Positions 45,544 through 46,900 of a DNA stretch of 46,900 nt are shown piece by piece; position 1 is the stretch's first letter; each line of letters begins with the position of its first letter. Origin of the DNA: Planctomycetota bacterium (GTDB lineage: Bacteria; Planctomycetota; J058); assembly GCA_024711205.1 (NCBI GenBank), contig JANJTH010000259.1, forward strand, positions 1 through 46,900, read 5' to 3'. The position numbers and the translations under genes are program-made. Below the pieces are notes generated by a model that ran no database searches, was not told the origin of the DNA, and saw nothing but the letters and a program-made list of their open reading frames with translations.

Positions 45544-46845
45544 TCAGACCCGCCGGGCGAGCCGCGCCAGGTCGTCGCCGCGGGCGCGCGCGAACCGGCC
45601 GAGGAACCCCGCCGGGCCGACGGGGCGCGGCGCCTCCGCCTCGGCGAACAGGTCCCCGTAGGCCGCGACCACCGCGTCGAGCGCGAACGCCGCCGACCGC
45701 CGCCGCGCGCGCTCCCCGAGGGTGGCCCGCCGGGCCGGGTCGAGGAGCAGGTCGGCGACCGCGCGGGCGAGCGCGTCCGCGTCGTCGCCCGGCACGAGCA
45801 CGCCGCAGGGGACCTCGCCCGGCTCGTCCGGGCGTTCGCCACCCTCGGGGACCGCGCCGCCGCCGGCGCCCACGTCGGGCCCGGGGCCCGCCCCCGGCTC
45901 GGGCGTGAGCGCCTCGCGGTTCGCGGGGAGGTCGGAGGCGACGATCGCCGTCCCGGCCGCCATGGCCTCGAGGAGCGCGTTCGAGAGCCCCTCGGCCCGC
46001 GAGGGCAGCACGAACACGCTCGCCCCGCGCAGGAGCCCCGGGACGTCGTCGCGGCGCCCGAGGAAGACGACCGAGGCGCCGATCCCCAGCGCCTCGACCT
46101 CGCGCCGCAGGGCCGCCTCCTCGGGCCCCTCGCCGGCCACGAGCAGGCGTGCCTCGGGCGCCCGCGAGAGGACCCGCGGCCAGGCGCGCAGGAGCCGGTC
46201 GAGCCCCTTCTGCCGGTCGAGCCGCCCGACGAACAGCGCGGTCGGCCCCGCGCCCGCGGGGCGCACGAGCTCGGCCCGCGCGACCGCGGCGAGGTCCACG
46301 CCGTTGGGGATCCGCGCGACGCGCGCGGCGGGGAACCCGGCCGCGAGGGCCTCCGCCTCGACCTCGCGCGACGGGCACACGAGCCGGCACCCGGCCAGGT
46401 CCGCCGCGACGACCGCGCGGTCCGACGGCGCGAGCCGCGCGAGCGCCGCCATGTCGCCCTCCGCGCGCGCGCACGCGAGCTTGACCACGACGGGCGCGCC
46501 GAGCAGCCGCCCGAGCCGCGCCCCGATCGCGCCCATCATGAGCTGCACGGCGTAGAGCACGCGCCAGCGGTCCCGCCGCGCCCACAGGACCGCCGCGGCC
46601 GCGGCCTCGAAGCCGGCGAGCGGGAGGCGCACGACCTCGACGCCGTCGCGGACCTCCTCCCAGCGCGCCGGGAGCGCCCACGCCCCGGGCGCCGTGCACG
46701 TGAGCAGCGTGACCGGCTCGCCCCGCGCGACGAGCCCGCGCGCCAGCGCCATGGCCTGCCGCTCCATGCCGCCCAGCCCGTCGACGTCGCGCACGAGGAC
46801 CGCGACCCCCCGGCCCGCGCCGGGGCCGGCCCCCAGGCGCGCCAC
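45544..46845 (-). CDS. GT4 family glycosyltransferase
   Basis: VAVLVRDVDGLGGMERQAMALARGL, FVGRLDRQKGLDRLL and PSRAEGLSNALLEAMAAGTAIVASD. The start is near the window end and not firmly placed. Confidence 0.85.
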   Translation of the reverse strand: MARLGAGPGAGRGVAVLVRDVDGLGGMERQAMALARGLVARGEPVTLLTCTAPGAWALPARWEEVRDGVEVVRLPLAGFEAAAAAVLWARRDRWRVLYAVQLMMGAIGARLGRLLGAPVVVKLACARAEGDMAALARLAPSDRAVVAADLAGCRLVCPSREVEAEALAAGFPAARVARIPNGVDLAAVARAELVRPAGAGPTALFVGRLDRQKGLDRLLRAWPRVLSRAPEARLLVAGEGPEEAALRREVEALGIGASVVFLGRRDDVPGLLRGASVFVLPSRAEGLSNALLEAMAAGTAIVASDLPANREALTPEPGAGPGPDVGAGGGAVPEGGERPDEPGEVPCGVLVPGDDADALARAVADLLLDPARRATLGERARRRSAAFALDAVVAAYGDLFAEAEAPRPVGPAGFLGRFARARGDDLARLARRV

Positions 46846-46900
46846 GCGGCCGCCCGCGATCGCGAGGCTCGAGCGCGCCGCCCGCCCGAGCAGGCGCGCG

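Noticed and set aside
1-46900. Scan for CRISPR arrays, tRNA/rRNA genes and tandem nucleotide repeats
   Set aside because: No regularly spaced direct repeats, no tRNA-like cloverleaf candidates in intergenic gaps and no rRNA-like segments were noticed. The only notable nucleotide-level repeat is the 27-nt identity between GT-C paralogs 3 and 4, which gene duplication explains.

Overview
Very GC-rich window: third codon positions are almost all G/C, so every frame carries long Arg/Pro/Gly-rich shadow ORFs. The style is myxobacterium-like. The first ~8.9 kb holds ordinary genes: a secreted fused M16 peptidase, a PLP-dependent dehydratase, a BI-1/YccA membrane protein, a lipoprotein, a sugar-nucleotide epimerase and an AsnB-type amidotransferase. 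From ~8.96 kb to the window end, almost every gene belongs to one very large glycan assembly and tailoring island. The island contains five paralogous polytopic membrane proteins with GT-C (ArnT/PMT-like) features and four SGNH/AlgX-like esterase or acyltransferase paralogs, plus one degenerate copy. Two of the SGNH proteins are fused to large polytopic domains of unrecognised family. It also contains five SAM methyltransferases (one TylF-like, one sugar C-methyltransferase-like, one with a coiled-coil tail) and a GtrA/GtrB-like module with overlapping stop and start codons. Further members are a second DPM1-like GT2 next to a UXS/ArnA-like SDR, three GT4 enzymes, a Wzm/Wzt-type ABC-2 exporter whose ATPase has a C-terminal extension, and a radical SAM protein. 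The radical SAM protein is unusual because its SPASM/twitch-like Cys-rich domain lies N-terminal to the CX3CX2C core. A multiply frameshifted IS630-family transposase remnant splits the island. I saw no rRNA, tRNA or CRISPR array. Many start codons are uncertain (GTG/TTG starts, high GC). All functional calls rest on motif recognition by eye, not on database searches.
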